Assembly: GCF_009914755.1 (NCBI RefSeq)
Contig: NC_060928.1
Direction: 5' to 3' (one strand)
DNA from: the human T2T-CHM13v2.0 reference genome, Homo sapiens
Length of the DNA: 64,000 nucleotides
Made by a program: the position numbers and the translations under genes. Below, piece after piece: positions 57,560-64,000 of the stretch (position 1 is the stretch's first letter; each line of letters starts with the position of its first letter). Below the pieces are notes generated by a model. The model was not told where the DNA came from and searched no databases. It worked only from the letters and a program-made list of their open reading frames with translations.

Positions 57560-57805
57560 GTGCTGTGGTTTAGAGCAGACTCTAAAGCCAAGCTCTTTAG
57601 ATGTGAGTCCTTGCTCTGTCACTAACTAGCTGTATGGCCTTCAGAGATCTACAGGGCTTTCCTTTCCTCCAGATGCCCCATCTATATAATGGGGATAATT
57701 GGATCTTACTATTAGTGTTCTGTAAGAATTAAAATACCTAATTCATGTAAGGCACTTGGAACTAAGTGTGGCATGTGTTAAGCATTTAACAAACGTTACC
57801 TATTT
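57560..57805 (+). mobile_element. MIR SINE, near full length
   Basis: gtggtttagagcagactct...gtccttgctctgtcactaactagctgtatggcctt...catctatataatggggataat. Confidence 0.8.
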
Positions 57806-58410
57806 TATTCTGCACATTTGACGTCTACTATTCAACTAATTTGAGAGAAAGTATCTGAATGCAATACCCATGTGGTGGCCCTGATTTCTTTAACTGGAAG
57901 GGGGATGTTTCTCATCTAACTAGCTAAGTTGTTGCATCATCAAGAAGACATGACCAAATTCCAACTTTGTACATAAGTGGACCAGTTTTGAGAGGCTACG
58001 AAGCTCAACCAAGGCTAAATCATTATATGATGTCCCTAAAGGCCGTCATTAAATTTTGGTTGCCATGCCAATTTGTTTCTCTGTAGCTGCTGAGCTACAA
58101 GATAAAATTTCATTCTATTTTGACTCATCACATCTTTAGAAAAGCTGTGAGATCATGTTATTAAATCCTGGTGGGCAACCAAGAACTGTGAAGACTTTTA
58201 GGAAAGTGACTTCCTGGTTGAAGAATGGAGAGTGTCTACTGTTAGCAATAATAGGGAGGATATGAGGGAAAACTAAACCTTGCTTGTTTCCCCTGGGAAA
58301 TGTAAGATCTAGTTGTTCATATTTAGGAGAAAGCTACTGAAGTTTTGGATTAAACCTGGGCCTTGTCTGCATGGCTCACTCAGGTTAGTAACTACTTAAA
58401 GGAAGGAGTA

Positions 58411-59241
<831 letters not shown>

Positions 59242-59539
59242 CCTAGCTTCTGAGAGGGCATTACTAAATATTGACAACCTAGATGCACTAGGTCCAGAGG
59301 GTGAGTTGCCCATGTCTTTCTCAATTTCCTCTGGGTGGATGTCAGATGGTACATGTTTTGTAATTGTCTTTGTAAAAGGGCAGAGACTGGCCCAGCCCAT
59401 GGGCCTCCATAAAGTGACAACTCACCCAGCACTGAGAACGATTTGCTGAATTTACATTAAAAACGCTGGAGTCACCAAAAACAAAAAAAAAAGCAAAGAT
59501 AGACTTAAATTCTGCCTCCTTTCAAAAAGTATGAGTTCT

Positions 59540-59599
59540 GTTTTTTTATGTTTTTAATTTTATTTTAAGTTCTGGGGTACATGTGCAGATGGTGCAGGT
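59540..59599 (-). mobile_element. 60-bp L1PA-type 3'-terminal insertion
   Basis: ttttattttaagttctggggtacatgtgcag flanked by aaag(t/c)atgagttct at 59526-59539 and 59600-59613. Confidence 0.85.
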
Positions 59600-59963
59600 A
59601 AAGCATGAGTTCTTAAGGCACTGAAAAAATCTATGAAACTTTGGAAAAACTTGATGTAATGTAATTTTTATTTTGTAAAAACATAAATTTTCATATAATC
59701 CCAAATTACTAGAGAGGTTGCTTCTTAAATTTCTAATTTCGTGGTGCAATACTTTCTTTTTTTAAGATAACTTCCTGCATCAATACAGAATGCATTTGGC
59801 TGCAAGTATCCAACCAATATGCTGCAAATAGATTATGGGCGTGCAATGACTCTATCACTCCCATCAACTCTTAGATCAGCAGAGAGTCTGGATTGTCCAG
59901 ATTACCTAGGCCAATTACCTCCAGGCATGAGCTCTTCAAAGGGCTCTTCAAAGGGCTGCTCCA

Positions 59964-60294
59964 GGCCGGGCGCGGTGGCTTATGTCTGTAATCCCAGCAC
60001 TTTGGGAGGCCAAGGCAGGTGGATCATGAGCTCAGGAGTTCAAGACCAGCCTGGACAAGATGGTGACACCCTGTCTCTACTAAAAAAAAAAAAAAAATAC
60101 GAAACTTAGCTGGGAGTGGTGGTGGGCGCCTGTAATCCCAGCTACTCAGGAGGCTGAGGCAGAGAATTGCTTGAACCTGGGAGGCGGAGGTTGCAGTGAG
60201 CTGAGATCGCACCACTGCATTCCAGCCTGGGTGACAGAGTGAGACTCCATCTCAAAACAAAAACAAAAACAAAAACAAAAAACAACAACAACAA
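59964..60294 (+). mobile_element. AluSg-like element with (CAAAAA/CAA)n tail
   Basis: Full dimer; perfect 16-bp TSD caaagggctgctccag at 59949-59964 and 60295-60310. Confidence 0.95.
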
Positions 60295-61416
60295 CAAAGG
60301 GCTGCTCCAGCAGACTAAAGATTGATGGTGTGTTGCATGGTCCTCACGGGCAGCAAAAACCAAGAGGGGCATCCAGCCATTTGCTGTTCTATGATGGACA
60401 TATTACATACAGTCAAGTATGCCATATTATCTGAACAACTACTTAATGGCCAGTAACAAGGCACACTGTGCACTGCTGCGCATCATAGGCAGAAGCTCAC
60501 AGAGCTACTGGTAGCATTCCTGTTCCAGGTGCCCAGAGAGCATAGCATATATAGGTCAAGGTACAGCTGCAAAGGGTTGGCTGGTACGCTGAGCAGGAGG
60601 CTGGCAAGCATGTCTCAGGCAGTGGCCTCCAACCTTCACATTTGTTGGATACTTCTCTTTGATGATGCTTATATGCCCTTTAGTAGTATGGAAGTGAGTA
60701 ACAGGGTAACTCTTTTAATTACTAATGCATTTCTACAGATTACATTTTCATTATTTTAAATATTTGATATGAAAAATTCCAATTAAATTCTACATCTGTT
60801 TACATTATCACAGGATATTTTGATATTACATCTGTCACAGAAAGAAAATTAAAACTTTTAGATTCTTAGATAATATTTTCAACTGTTTTAAATTTTAATG
60901 GTAAAAATATATTTAAAATATTCTGCTATTTATGCAAATAATTTATCATCAGTTATTATTACTAAGAATTTGAAGAGATCATTTTAAAATCTTACTAAAA
61001 TTTCTCAAAAAATTATATCTAGATATTTATGCAAATTAAATATTTAAATTTTATGCCAATTAAATATTGATTTTCTTCTATTCTACTCTGTATTTTCTTA
61101 TTATCACCATAAATTCTCTGCAGATTATCCCAGCATGCATTTCAAACATTATAATTCTCTTGTATAGTGATTAGATAAAGAATGAGAAACATTGCCTTAA
61201 ATAAGGTCTATTTTTCCCCCACATCAATAAATTTTCAGATTGTTGCTGCATCATCAACTCCTACAAGTTTTCTAAAAACAAGTCATACGTCAAGTTCATC
61301 GTTGAATCCTTAATTCCTCGTCTAGTGACCAGTTTGACATGTGTTAAATGAATGAAGAAATAAGTACGGGCAAAGATAGTTGCCTTGTTTCAAAATAAAA
61401 CTTTAAGACTATAGCC

Positions 61417-64000
<2,584 letters not shown>

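Overview
This is AT-rich, CpG-poor primate (almost certainly human) genomic DNA, intronic or intergenic and dominated by transposable elements. It contains no prokaryotic features. The main feature is a full-length L1HS element of the Ta-0 subset (7141-13178, +) with a 16-bp target-site duplication, nested in an older L1M. Its ORF1 is open but carries R262I, its ORF2 has a single nonsense codon (W1131*), and its antisense ORF0 is intact. The middle ~600 bp of its 5'UTR looks like an older, more decayed L1PA2-type sequence, so the element appears to be a mosaic. The window also holds three minus-strand L1PA fragments (one runs off the window end), two ~60-bp L1 tail-only insertions, Alu-family copies, MaLR/ERVL/MER21 LTRs, and L2, MIR, CR1 and hAT fossils. 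Unique sequence at ~13.4-16.3 kb has splice and poly(A) signals consistent with the 3' end of an unidentified minus-strand transcript, and ~56-57 kb looks like an enhancer. I could not identify a host gene, and I found no convincing previously undescribed biological system. Subfamily calls rest on remembered consensus sequences, not on database searches.
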